A stretch of DNA of 64,000 nucleotides from Octopus vulgaris (lineage: Eukaryota), in assembly GCA_951406725.2 (NCBI GenBank), contig OX597828.1, positions 29,016,001 to 29,080,000 on the forward strand. Direction: 5' to 3'. The first letter of the stretch is position 1; each line of letters opens with the position of its first letter. Both the position numbers and the translations under genes were made by a program. Shown piece after piece: positions 1 to 11,570 of this stretch. The notes beneath the pieces are model-generated. The model was not told the origin of the DNA, did not search any database, and saw only the letters and a program-made list of their open reading frames with translations.

Positions 1-221
1 CATATCTTAAACTCAAATTCTTACCACTTACAAAGTTATACGATATCTATTGACAGTTATATGAAATGGCCTATAATTGAGTATCAAGTTTTGTTGCCAA
101 GCATACAATTGACAAAGCATACAATTGACAAATACTATTGACAAAGTAATCCTGCAATTTAACGCCTTGACCAGCTGTGATTCTAAACATTTCTTTGTTG
201 TTATTGAATTTTTTCTCACGG

Positions 222-433
222 AAAGCCGTTGAGCTGGGAGAATCGTTCAGCCGTAGGACAAAATACGTTGACAGCATTTCTTCGGCTTTACGTTTCGAGT
301 TCAAATTATACCGAAGTCGACTTTTCCTTTCCTTTTTCCCAGAGTCGATAAAATGAATATCAGTTGAGCATTGGTGACGATATGATCGACTCGTCGCGTC
401 TCCCAAAATTTCAGGCTTTGTGCCAATAGTAGA
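222..433 (+). mobile_element. Degenerate tRNA-derived SINE, family A
   Basis: Diverged copy of the head/body/tail seen >20 times in the window (GAGCTGGCAGAA..GAGTTCAAATTCCGCCGAGGTCGACTTTGCCTTTCATCC..AAATTTCAGGCCTTGTGCC). Confidence 0.7.
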
Positions 434-873
434 AAAAAAAAAAAATTTCTTGTGAAATAATCAGTTCACGTTTTTATGTCCATCTATCTTTTTATTTCAA
501 TGATGAATTCACGACCGTTTTCCAGGGACTGAGACCTGGAGAGGAAAGAAGGATTTTATTCCAAGGCTGGAAATCTAACCCGAAGGCTTGTAATATGGAG
601 GTCTCCACTTTGGACCAAAGTAGCAGGTAGTAGTGTTAAAGAGAGCCTCGGAGCCTCGGATTAGGTGGTTATATCTCCCAAGAACAGGAACAGGTCTTCG
701 ACAGGTTTCCATACCAGTTCCGTTTACTAAATTTCTCTCGCAAGTCTTTGGTCAACTCGGAGGTATGGCGGTAAAGATTTCTGTAAATAAATCATTCCTG
801 GTGAATCTCTCAAAAGAGATGAATGCGCTAAATGAATATTCACGACCCTGACTATCTCCTTTTCCTTCATATA

Positions 874-1345
874 CAATAATCACATGCCATTTCGCGGTTC
901 ACCTATCACGTCCTCAGATTTTTGTGGCTAACACATGTAAATTTATATCGCGGCCTCCTCAGTATAACACGGGTTTCTGCGGCCGATAGATATTTATTTA
1001 TTTTTTAGATTTTAATCATTTCTGTGGTAAAATAAGCATTTTAATGACTAAAAATTAATAAATTAATAAATAAAAATACAGTACTGCACTATACAACACA
1101 TTAATTAAAATAAATTGAAAGAAAATACGTAGTGACTGCAGATGAGTAAACAGAGAATCGCACTTTATGGAAAATGAAATTAGGGAGGCGAGTGTGAGGT
1201 GTTGCTTTGCATTTATAATAAAATAAATATATGCAAATTATAAAAATAATGAGAAAATATATACAGTACTGTTTCTACTTCACGGATTTTCACCTATCGC
1301 GGGGCGTTTTGGAACGTAACACCTGTGATAGTCGAGGGATTACTG
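874..1345. mobile_element. Tigger/pogo-like MITE (Tc1/mariner superfamily, non-autonomous)
   Basis: TA-flanked; degenerate left TIR caataatcacatgc and right TIR cgagggattactg; shorter related copy at 51831-52038. Confidence 0.65.
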
Positions 1346-1510
1346 TATAAAACTTGTACAGCACTTCAAACAATCTACGCACACATAGACACACAAAGAC
1401 ACACAGACACACACGCGCGCGCGCGCGCGCATATAGACAAATTGACATATATATGAGGTATCCTGTTAAAGGTCACCACTTTTGTGTATAAATACGTACA
1501 CTATTATATG

Positions 1511-1582
<72 letters not shown>

Positions 1583-1785
1583 TGTATCATCATGTATGTG
1601 TGTGTATGTATTTGTTGACGTTGCTGTATGTTGACAACGGTTTCCGTCCGCCCAATTACACCGACAGGGTTTGGATGAAACCGATGGTGCAAAGACACCT
1701 GTTGCTAATTTCATCTTGCAGGCTCGACCCTGGGACCTAATGTTTGCAAAGCAAACTTCTTAACGACTCAATTACGTCTACTTCT

Positions 1786-1839
<54 letters not shown>

Positions 1840-1965
1840 ACACAGAGTCATGCACACATATGAACACGCAGATGGTATATATAAATGTATGTGTGTGTGT
1901 GTGTGTATATATACATATATGATATGTCTCTGTGTATTTATTAATGCGTGTATGTATATGTATAT

Positions 1966-1997
<32 letters not shown>

Positions 1998-2534
1998 TGT
2001 ATGTATAAGGAGACAGAAAGAGGATAATAGTTATATATAAAGATATAATATATACACACTCCATGCATCTCCCCATCCATCCATCCATCCATCCGCCCAT
2101 CCACCCATTCATCCATTCGTTCATTCGTTCATACATACATACATACATACATACATACATACATACATACATACATACATACATACATACATACATACAT
2201 ACATACATACATACATGCATACTGAGAAACAGAAGGACGGACACAGAGATCAGTGTGTGTGTGTGTATGTGTCCGTTCTTTTATTAAAGTCGTATAAATC
2301 ACAATATTTACATCATTAAATAATCTCTTTAACAAGTCAATAAATTGGTTTAGAGGTTCTCGGAATTGGATTATAAATAAATGAAGAAGGATACAAAATA
2401 ACTGAATGAGTAAAGAAATAAAATGCATAAAATAAAACAGTAATAAGGTAAAAAAAAATAATAATTCTCATTAATCGTATCGGGGAAGAAATAAGCAAAA
2501 GAATAAAACAGAACTACTACTACTAATAATAATA

Positions 2535-2922
2535 ATTTCAAATTTTGCCACAATGGAAGCAATTTCGGGTGAAGGGATTAATCGATTACATGGACCCCAG
2601 TGTTCGACTGGTACTTATTTTATCGATCCCGAAGGGATGAACGGCTAAGTCGACCTCGGCGGAATTTGAACTCAGGACGTAGCGACGGGCGAAATACCTA
2701 TTTCTTTACTACCCACAAGGGGTTAAACACAGAGAGGACAGACAAACGGATTAAGTCGATTATATTGAGCCCCAATGCGTAACTGGTACTTATTTAAACG
2801 ACCCCAAAAGGATGAAAAGCAAAGTCGACCTCGGCGGAATTTGAACTCAGAACGTAGCGGCAGACGAAATACGGCTAAGTATTTCGTCCGGCGTGCTAAC
2901 GTTTCTACCAGCTCGCTGCCTT
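2535..2922 (-). mobile_element. SINE family A dimer (head-body-tail1-body-tail2)
   Basis: Two body modules joined at gaaatag|gtatttcg (element strand). Confidence 0.85.
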
Positions 2923-2940
2923 AAATACTACTACTACTAC

Positions 2941-2971
<31 letters not shown>

Positions 2972-3217
2972 CTTTTCTACTTTAGACACAAGGCTTGGAA
3001 TTTGAGTGGAGGGGAGGGGGATGGTCAATCACATCGACCCCAGTACTCAACTGGTACTTATTTCATCGACCCCGTAATGATAAAAGGCAAAATCGACCTC
3101 GGCGGAATTTGATCTCAGAACGTAAAGACAGACGAAATGCTGCTATGCACTTTGCCCGGCGTGCTAACGACTCTGCCAGCTCTCGCCGCCTTAAACTAAT
3201 AACAATATCAATAATAA

Positions 3218-4679
3218 TGCTTTCTTTTATTGACCTCAAGGGCCCAAGACAGAGAGGGCAATATCGAAGGACGAGTTACAGCACAAAAAAAAAATATTAC
3301 AAAATCATGTGGGGTTAATATCAATCAAGGGGAGATACTACCACATTAAAGGATATAACACAGGATATATAATAGAAAGTAGAGAAATAAATAAATAAAA
3401 TCCCCTATAGAGGGGCAGTCCACTTAGGGTAATCTGGGGTAAACCCCGCACAAAATTCCCGGATCATCTCTAAGGCATGGGAAAGTGCCCTCTTACAGTT
3501 TCTTTCCTCCTGCTTAGAAAAACATATTCAGAGCCGATCCATTCAGTCTCACCACTCTTGCAACTGTTGACCACCTTTTGATAAACACGATAGAAGGCAG
3601 CACCTCCCCCTCTACCTTCACCTGCCTCTTCAAAGGCAGGTGAAAGGCTTGACCAGATAGGAATGTGCCTGTCTTCAAACCTTTCAGACGGGTCTACTAC
3701 GCAGCTTCTTTTGCCACAGCCACCAAGCAGAGCAAGACCTGCCTTCCTTCTCTGCTAAGGGAAGATGGTATGTCGATCTTTTACTATACACTCGTCAGAC
3801 AGCGGAATTCCTCTTACTCGCGACAACAGCTGTTCCACACGATCCCACAACTCTCTAATGCACGGACACTGAATTATTACATGCAGGATGGTTTCGTTCC
3901 CTGCAAGCACCTTGGGCAAGTTCGGCTGTTGGCGCTTCCATACCTGAAGAGCTTCTCTCGAACGGGCAATGCCCCTCTGTAGCACTGCTAAGCCAAAGAT
4001 TTTTGAAAATTATCCATGTTCTTCGACCCAAAGGTCCTCTGGAAGAGACTACTCAAACTGTTCTCGTCGATGCCTAGATTCAATGCTTGGCCATCATCAC
4101 TCATACCCTCAACTAGCCCCCTACAGAAATATTGGGTTGTTTTCCCGCTAACGGTTTTCGGCAGCTGTCACAATGCAGTGAGCGCCTGGCAACATTCTAG
4201 ATGCCAAACGCCCAACCTTGGTCTCCGTATGACTCGTGACTGCAGCTCTATCAATGAGATGAACTGCGGAAAGTCGAGTCACACGAAAGATGCCCACACC
4301 AGTTCACCCTTATTTTCGTCGTCGTCGTCGTCGTCGTAGTTCACATTATCTAAATCGCTTCAATATCTAAATCGCAGTGATTTAGATATTTCTGTAGGTG
4401 CGACAGCTTCAAAGTGTGACGCCGCATCATTAAGGATCTCATTCCAAGACCACCACGGTGTGGGTGTTAACAACAGATGGATCTTCTGACCAGTGGAACT
4501 TGACTCTTCCGTAAGAATTGGCAAAGCAAGCACTCCAATCTGGTCAGAGTTTTCTTAGGACAAAGTACAACGGCTAGGCTAAAGTGCACTACCGACCGAT
4601 ATATGCATTCGCTACTTCCGGCCGGCCTTTCAGAGATACCTTGTTTTCTGTCCATTTCCGGGTGAGCTTGGCCACCCTA

Positions 4680-4680
<1 letters not shown>
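3218..4680 (-). mobile_element. 5'-truncated, frameshifted L1/Tx1-clade LINE (ORF2 C-terminal part + 3' UTR)
   Basis: Minus-strand peptides KVSLKGRPEVANAYI, ..HPHRGGLGM.., QCYRGALPVREKL..RTCPRC..NETILHVIIQC (zf-RVT CCHC). AATAAA near the 3' end; 5' end abuts (TAA)n. Confidence 0.8.
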
Positions 4681-4733
<53 letters not shown>

Positions 4734-4736
<3 letters not shown>

Positions 4737-5030
4737 GTCGAGAGATATGACAGGTTAGCTTGGGAATTTAAGCAGTTGTAGTCGATGAAAAAGGTAGCAG
4801 TAGTACCAATAATTGTCGGAGCCCTGGGAACAGTGAGCAAAAATCTCGAGAAGTACGTGAAACAAATACGGGCTGCAATAAGGGTGGAGCACTTGCAGAA
4901 AACAGCACTGCTTAGAACCGGTCGAATACTCCGGAAGATGCTCGAAAAATAAGAGGTGTAACCTTAGTTTACTGGTAGTGAACAGCTGACACCGTAGTAC
5001 ATCTCCAGCGTTAGAAGCTGTGCAAAGGCA
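4734..5030 (+). mobile_element. R4/Dong-clade LINE 3' fragment (RLE C-terminus), pseudogenised
   Basis: KVERYDRLAWEFKQL*SMKKVAVVPIIVGALGTVSKNLEKY..LQKTALLRTGRILRKMLEK*; homologous to the 5580-6221 ORF; flanked by (TAA)n/(CAA)n. Confidence 0.8.
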
Positions 5031-5059
5031 ATAGCAACAACAACAACAACAACAACAAC

Positions 5060-5090
<31 letters not shown>

Positions 5091-5320
5091 TTAATGACAA
5101 TAATAATGGTTTAAAATTTCGGCGTAATGCCAACAATTTCGAAGGATTTGTTAACTCAATTACATCGACCCCCGTGCTCAGTTGGTAGTTATTTTATCGA
5201 CCCTCAAAAGAATAAAAGGCAAAGGCGACGTTATCAAAATTTGAACTCAGAGCTTAGACTAACGAAATACCGCTCAGCATTTGGTCCGGCGTAGTAACGA
5301 TTCCGCCAGTTCGCCGTCTT

Positions 5321-5352
<32 letters not shown>

Positions 5353-5514
5353 GCATAATGGTTCCAAATTTTGGTGGAGGGGACTAGTTGATTACATCGA
5401 CCCCAGTGTCTCACTGGTACTTAATTTATCGACCCCCGAAAGGACGATAGGCACAATCGACCTCGAAAGAATTTGAAATCAGAACTTATAAATAGCATTT
5501 TGTCTCACGAAGTA

Positions 5515-5555
<41 letters not shown>

Positions 5556-5558
<3 letters not shown>

Positions 5559-6372
5559 GCAGAGACTGAAGGTTTCATAATGGCAGCACAAGATCAAAGC
5601 TTGTTTACCAGAAATTACCAGGCTAACGTTCTCCGAAACGGTACTGACCCTAAATGCAGATTCTGCGACACATTTGACGAAACGATAGACCATCTCGTTT
5701 CGGGATGTCCTGTGCTGACACCAAACGAATACAAAAATCGCCACGATAGGGTAGGACAGTATATACATTGGAAGATATGTAAACACTACAAATCCGACAT
5801 TCCTGCTAACTGGTACGAACACCATCCTCAGCCAGTTGTTGAAGGTAAAGATGTCACAATCCTCTGGGATTTTCCAGTCAACACTGACAGAACGATCAAG
5901 GCTAATCGACCAGACATAATTGTTAAGGACAGGGAAGAAAATACCTGCAGACTAATAGAAGTAAGCGTCCCCACTGATAAAAATGTATCTGTCAAGGAAT
6001 TTGACAAACTTAGTAAATATAAGGACCTGGAAATCGAAATACAGAGGATGTGGAATCTTAAAACAAAAACTGTTCCTGTTATTGTAGGTGCCCTAGGTAT
6101 GATAAAAAAGGGATGTCAGAAACACCTAGACAATATCCCTGGAAAACCATGTCTCAAGGAAATCCAAAAGATTGTGCTAACAAGTACTGCCCACATCCTT
6201 AGAAAAACCCTATCAATGTAAATGTCTGTGTTTGCATTACATGGAGATATATCTCTACTTCCCCTCCCCAAGCTTTCAGCTGTATTTCAACAACTCTTAA
6301 CCTTCACTTGCCCTAGGGCGCTGGGTGTGCCCCGGCAGGTGATTGCATCAAACATGCAGATTAAAAGTAAAT
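5556..6372 (+). mobile_element. R4/Dong-clade LINE 3' fragment: CCHC zinc knuckle + restriction-like endonuclease
   Basis: Open frame 5556-6221: ETEGFIMAAQDQSL..CRFCDTFDETIDHLVSGC..RHD..WDF..NRPDIIV..IEVSVP..KLSKYKDL..VPVIVGALG. 5'-truncated, (TAA)n on both sides. Confidence 0.92.
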
Positions 6373-6379
6373 GACAATG

Positions 6380-6434
<55 letters not shown>

Positions 6435-7308
6435 TGATGATGATAATAGCAATGATTTTAAATTTTGCCACAAGGGCAGCAATTTTAGGGGATGGTGATG
6501 AGTGTTCAACTGGTACTTAATTTATCGATCCCAATAATAGTAGAAATAATAATTGCAATGATGATGATGATGATGATGATGATGACGACGACGACGATGA
6601 GGATTATGATGGTGGTGGTGGTGGTGGTGGTGGTGGTGGTGGTGGTGGTGGTGGTGGTGGTGGTGGTGGTGACGTTGGTGTTGGTGTTGATGATGATGAT
6701 GATGATGATTGTGATAATGTCAATAGCATTCCAGCCATTGAATAATTTACAAATTGAAAATAAGTCACTAGTTACTAATTAATCTGATATTTATGTCAAT
6801 AAAAATATATAAATAAATCCAATACTCTAAACTGAAAGTCGTTATAGCAACTGAAAAAAAAAATTAACGGTTTTATAAGTGCGAGTATATATAATATACT
6901 GTATATGCACACATATCTATATACATAGAGACAAAACCTTTATTTAGCAATTCAATCAATACTGAACGATATTATCCATACAAAACCATATAGAAAGTAG
7001 TTAAATATATTATATATATATACATACTATATTTGTTCCACGTCCTTACGTTGTTGTGTTTTCTCTTTGTGTTTTCATGTTTGGATTAACTTTATATATA
7101 TATATATTTATACATATGCATATTGGGCTTTTACACAGTCTCTGTCCACTTGGTTCACTCAAGAGACATTAGCCGTCCCGGGGCTATAGTGGAATGGAAG
7201 ACACTTGTCCGGGGCACTGACCAGTGGCATTGAATCCGAAACCATGAGCTTCTTGACCACATTAGAGTATGCTTACTCTTTATACTACATTTGTTTCTAT
7301 CTTTTCAG

Positions 7309-7431
7309 GTTGCCGGAATGTTAGTGACGTATTTCATATTGATGGTGCAGTTCCGAGATTCGGCTGAAACTAAGTTGTCTTTGTGCATGTGTTCGAATAG
7401 CGCAAATCGTACGTGGAACAAAACTGGTTGA
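7309..7431 (+). CDS. Terminal coding exon of a gustatory-receptor-like (GRL / 7TM chemoreceptor ion channel) gene
   Basis: Acceptor ttgtttctatcttttcag|, phase 0. Translates VAGMLVTYFILMVQFRDSAETKLSLCMCSNSANRTWNKTG*, matching the GR/GRL TM7 motif hhG..hTYhhhhhQF. Upstream exons not found in the window. Confidence 0.8.
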   Translation, partial: VAGMLVTYFILMVQFRDSAETKLSLCMCSNSANRTWNKTG

Positions 7432-7828
7432 GGGTCAACGTGCCTACTAACCGTCCCAAAAAAACCTCTGGTTCTTATTACTGGTTACCAAGACGTTCAA
7501 AGACATCCGTCCGTGTGTCTGACACTCTCTCTGTCTCTCTGTCTCTCTCTCTCTCTCTACAATATAAATATATATATATATATATATATATTTACACGCA
7601 TGAACACACCCTCACACGTGGAACAAAACTGGTTGAGGGTCACCGTGCCTACTAACCGTCCAAAAAAAACCTCTGGTTCTTATTACTGTTTACCAAGACG
7701 TTCAAAGACATCCGTCCGTGTGTCTGACACTCTCTCTGTCTCTCTCTCTGTCTCTCTGTCTCTCTCTCTCTCTCTCTCTACAATATAAATATATATATAT
7801 ATATTTACACGCGTGAACACACTCTCAC
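7411..7828 (+). repeat. Tandem duplication (~205-bp unit x2) covering the GRL stop codon and proximal 3' UTR
   Basis: Units 7411-7615 and 7616-~7828 both start ACGTGGAACAAAACTGGTTGAGGGTCA and are nearly identical. Confidence 0.92.
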
Positions 7829-8373
7829 ACATACACACACACGCACGCGCACAAGGTTTCGATTTCACACCACCCCCCTTCCCTGCATAGCACATCGTCT
7901 TCTAATGCTGCCCCAGGTAGACTAATGGAAACTATGCGGAAGCCAACCGTGTGTGTGTGTGTGTGAGTGAATGTGTGTGTACGTCCTTCCCCCACCACTT
8001 GATAACAAGTGTTTGTTTACGTCTCCGCAACTTAGCGGTTCGGCAATGGAGTCCGATGGTATAAGTAGACTTGAAAAGAAAATTAGTATTGAGATCCATT
8101 TGTCGACTAAAAACACTTTAAGGCAGTGCCCCAGCGTGGCCGCGTTTCACTGACTGAAACAAGTAAAAGATAAAAGACTTTTAAAAGAGGAATCTCTCTT
8201 TTCGACTACTACCTTCACAAAGACCAGACTAGCTTATCCTGTCTCTTCATAAGCTCGTCTCCCTAAACGTTCAGAATAATTTTTCCATCGTCTTGGCTTA
8301 ACAACCCTCATCGTTTGCTTTTACTGTTTTGTTCTCATTGTTCTATCTTTTACTATTTTTACTATTTTATTAG

Positions 8374-8735
8374 TGGAGGTGCAATGGCCCAGTAGTTAGG
8401 ATCGCGGTTTCGATTCCCAGACAGGGCGTTGTGAGTGTTTATTGAGCGAAAACACCTAAAGCTCCACGAGACTCCGGCAGGAGATGGTGGTGATCCCTGC
8501 TGTACCCTTTCACCGCAACTTTCTCTCACTCTTTCTTCCTGTTTCTGTTGTACCTGTATTTCAAAGGGCCGGCCTTGTCACTCTCTGTGTCACGCTGAAT
8601 ATCCCCGAGAACTACGTTAAGGATACACGTGTCTGTGGAGTGCTCAGCCACTTACACGTTAATTTCACGAGCAGGCTGTTCTGTTGGTCGGATCAACCGG
8701 AACCCTCATCGTCGTAACCGACGGAGTGCTTTCTC
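8374..8735 (+). mobile_element. tRNA-derived SINE, family C
   Basis: tRNA-like head (TGGCCCAGTAGTTAGG..GTTTCGATTCCC); 3' part shared with 37658-37982. Confidence 0.7.
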
Positions 8736-9153
8736 TCTCTCTTACTATTTTATTGTTTCTATTGTTTTGTTTTCAATGTCCTGTTCTTGATACCACTTTC
8801 ACCCTCCGCAAAAAAAAAAATTCCAAATTTTAGTTAATCTGCTTTGCGGGAAGGACTGTTTCAAGGAAGTCGCGTGGAGTAGATGAAACAGGGACAAATG
8901 AAGAAGAGGAATATTCTTTATGTTGTATGTGTCGTTTCTCTGTTTGTTTGTTTTTTTTTTGTTTTTTTTTCGTTGTCCGAAAAAAGTTCGTTTCTATGTT
9001 TTTGTTTTTATGTTTTCATTTCTCATTGTGTTCAACGTTTTTTTGATGTCCTATACCCATATATGCATGTATATATACATATATATGTAAGTATGTACAT
9101 ATATGTATGTATATATGCATATATTTATATATTATTTATATTATTATTATATA

Positions 9154-9515
9154 CTAGCACTATGACCCGGCAACGCCGGGTCATAGTGCTAGTGCGTGCA
9201 TATACAGCTGCATGCGTGCACACATACACACGAGTACTGTCCAAATCTCCGACCAATCACATACAGCTAGCAAGCTTTCAATTGGTGTATCAAGTTTTGG
9301 GCATTTTGATTGGGTTTTGGATAGAAAATTCACAAAAAAGTCACTTCTATTGATTTTTTAATGACTCTGCGGGATGACTGGGGAAATGTAAAGATGTGCA
9401 CGACCACACTTGGACGGTTTTCAATGACCATAGAAAGTGCGAGCTCTCTAACTGAAAAATTGCGGATTTGTATAAAGGACACACACACAGACATTTTGCC
9501 GTTTATATATATAGA
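9154..9515 (-). mobile_element. Non-autonomous Helitron, family H2 (copy 1)
   Basis: Element strand starts TC(TATATATATAAACGGC), ends in a hairpin plus CTAG, inserted at A^T without TSD; homologous to 26338-26705. Confidence 0.8.
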
Positions 9516-10284
9516 TATATATAGATAGATATACACACACACATCGCGAACTGCTTTCAATTTACATTTGCCAAATTCATTCACAAGGTTTTGGTCGGCC
9601 CGAGCTATATAGTAGAAGACACTTGCCCAAGACATCACGCAGTGGGACTGACCTTGGGATTGACCCTGCGACTATGCAGCTTGAAGTAAACTTCTTACCA
9701 CACAGCCATGGCATGGAATTCTTACCCGAAAGAATTCCATGTCATGTATTTGTCTACTAAAGTGAGGGTGTAGTGTATTGAATATAGCAGCGACGGATTC
9801 TTAATTCCCTGAAAGTAAAGACCAAACCATCATTTCTCCTGAGCATATAAAATTATTCGAGGAATTTGTTTCATTCCTTACAGTTATCTCCCTTCCTCCT
9901 TTAGAGTTGCTAACAATTGTCGCAGGTTTTTGTTATCTTTCATTTATTTATGTATTTATTTAGCAACATATGTCATCAAAGTGACACTGGGTTACAAATA
10001 TACGAAGCCCAATATATCCATCATGACTACTCGTCTAATAAGAAGGTACACTAGGCACATGCATCACAACTATATGTGTGCAACATGGCGATCTTATATC
10101 AAGACAAACAGCGCATGACCTTGAAGGTGGGGGCCCAGTTAGAATTTTCTTCGGGTTGAGTAGCGAATCTCGCTTAAAAAGTTCCTCAACAACGTTTGTT
10201 TAAGAACGATGAACAAAACCCATGTTTCCAGAGGTGAATTACCCAAACTATTATTATTGTTATTATTATTATTATTACTATTAT

Positions 10285-10623
10285 TCAGTAGTTTTATTTT
10301 TTATAGCGTGCTTTCACTTCACTACCGAGCGCAGCTCTGTGTGCCTTGGGTATGTGCTGTGATTTGTTGTGATGCTCTGATGGTTATTGTATGGAAAGTG
10401 TTCTGCGTAGGATGTGTGCAGTGCCTAGTAGTGCAATTTTCTGTATGTTATATGTGTTTGTAAGTCCTGGTGTTTTTGTTATGTATTTGTCTGAATATTT
10501 TTTTATCATGCCTAATGCACCTACTATGATAGGAATTGTTTCTGTTTTTAGATTCCACATTCTGGTTACCTCCATTTCCAGGTCTTTGTATTTTGAAAGT
10601 TTCTCCATTTCTTTTAGAGACAT
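10285..10623 (-). mobile_element. R4/Dong-clade LINE 3' fragment
   Basis: SLKEMEKLSKYKDLEMEVTRMWNLKTETIPIIVGALGMIKK..IQKIALLGTAHILRRTLSIQ*; (TTA)n on both sides. Confidence 0.88.
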
Positions 10624-10625
10624 AC

Positions 10626-10686
<61 letters not shown>

Positions 10687-10885
10687 TATCTATTTATTTA
10701 TTTACTTTGCTTTCCGTCTCCAATTTAGAGAGAAATATCAATGAATTTAGAATTTATTGCGTACGGCTTTCAATATAGCGTCCATTAGCTTAATTAACCA
10801 AATACATGTCATTTGCACCCCTGGATTATTTCTTTGAGCTCATTACATATATATACATACATACATACATACATACATACATACA

Positions 10886-10979
<94 letters not shown>

Positions 10980-11538
10980 CATGAATGTATGTATGTATGT
11001 GTGAGTGTGTTTGAATATATGCGTTTGTATATATAGATACATACGCATAAAGTGGTTTAATTATTCAAATTTTTAATACATAATGTGCTTAATTGGGCGA
11101 CTGAAGACGTTTAACGACGCTTAATTATTCAGTTTTATTTTATGTGATGCAGATAATATCCCGCAATTATATGAATACATTTCACCGTGTTTTACAATTT
11201 GTTCGATAATTTTTCTTCCCAAAATAAAACGTGATGCAAAATGCTATTTAATTATGTAATTTTAGACGCATTAAATACATTAAATGTTTTCTTCAGATAC
11301 TTTGTGTGCGGCCTATAACATTGTTTTACCAAATATGTCGTGACGTAGCAACTTAATTTAATAAACTGCAAATGCATATCTGATGAGTATCTCATAATAA
11401 AATTGCATCACTGCACGATATATTGTTTAAGGGAATTTTAATATTAGGAGATTTAGTGGTGAAGTCGCCCTTGATATTATTTCCAGCAAATTAGTAGAAA
11501 AGAGGTTGTTTCTATTTTCTCCCTCCATGTTTTTGTTG

Positions 11539-11570
<32 letters not shown>

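Noticed and set aside
526-626. Possible plus-strand exon (ttttccag|GGACTG..AGCAG|gtagta) as the penultimate GRL exon
   Set aside because: Peptide GLRPGEERRILFQGWK.. is not TM7a-like, that open frame ends in phase 2 rather than 0, and the donor is weak.
9707-9746. 17-bp hairpin (similar short ones at 31820-31850 and 39426-39456)
   Set aside because: Too short for a pre-miRNA, sits at a SINE junction, no further support.
11372-11410. CTGATGA GTAT ctc ATAA TAAA as a hammerhead
   Set aside because: No GAAA and stem II is broken; cannot be distinguished from chance.
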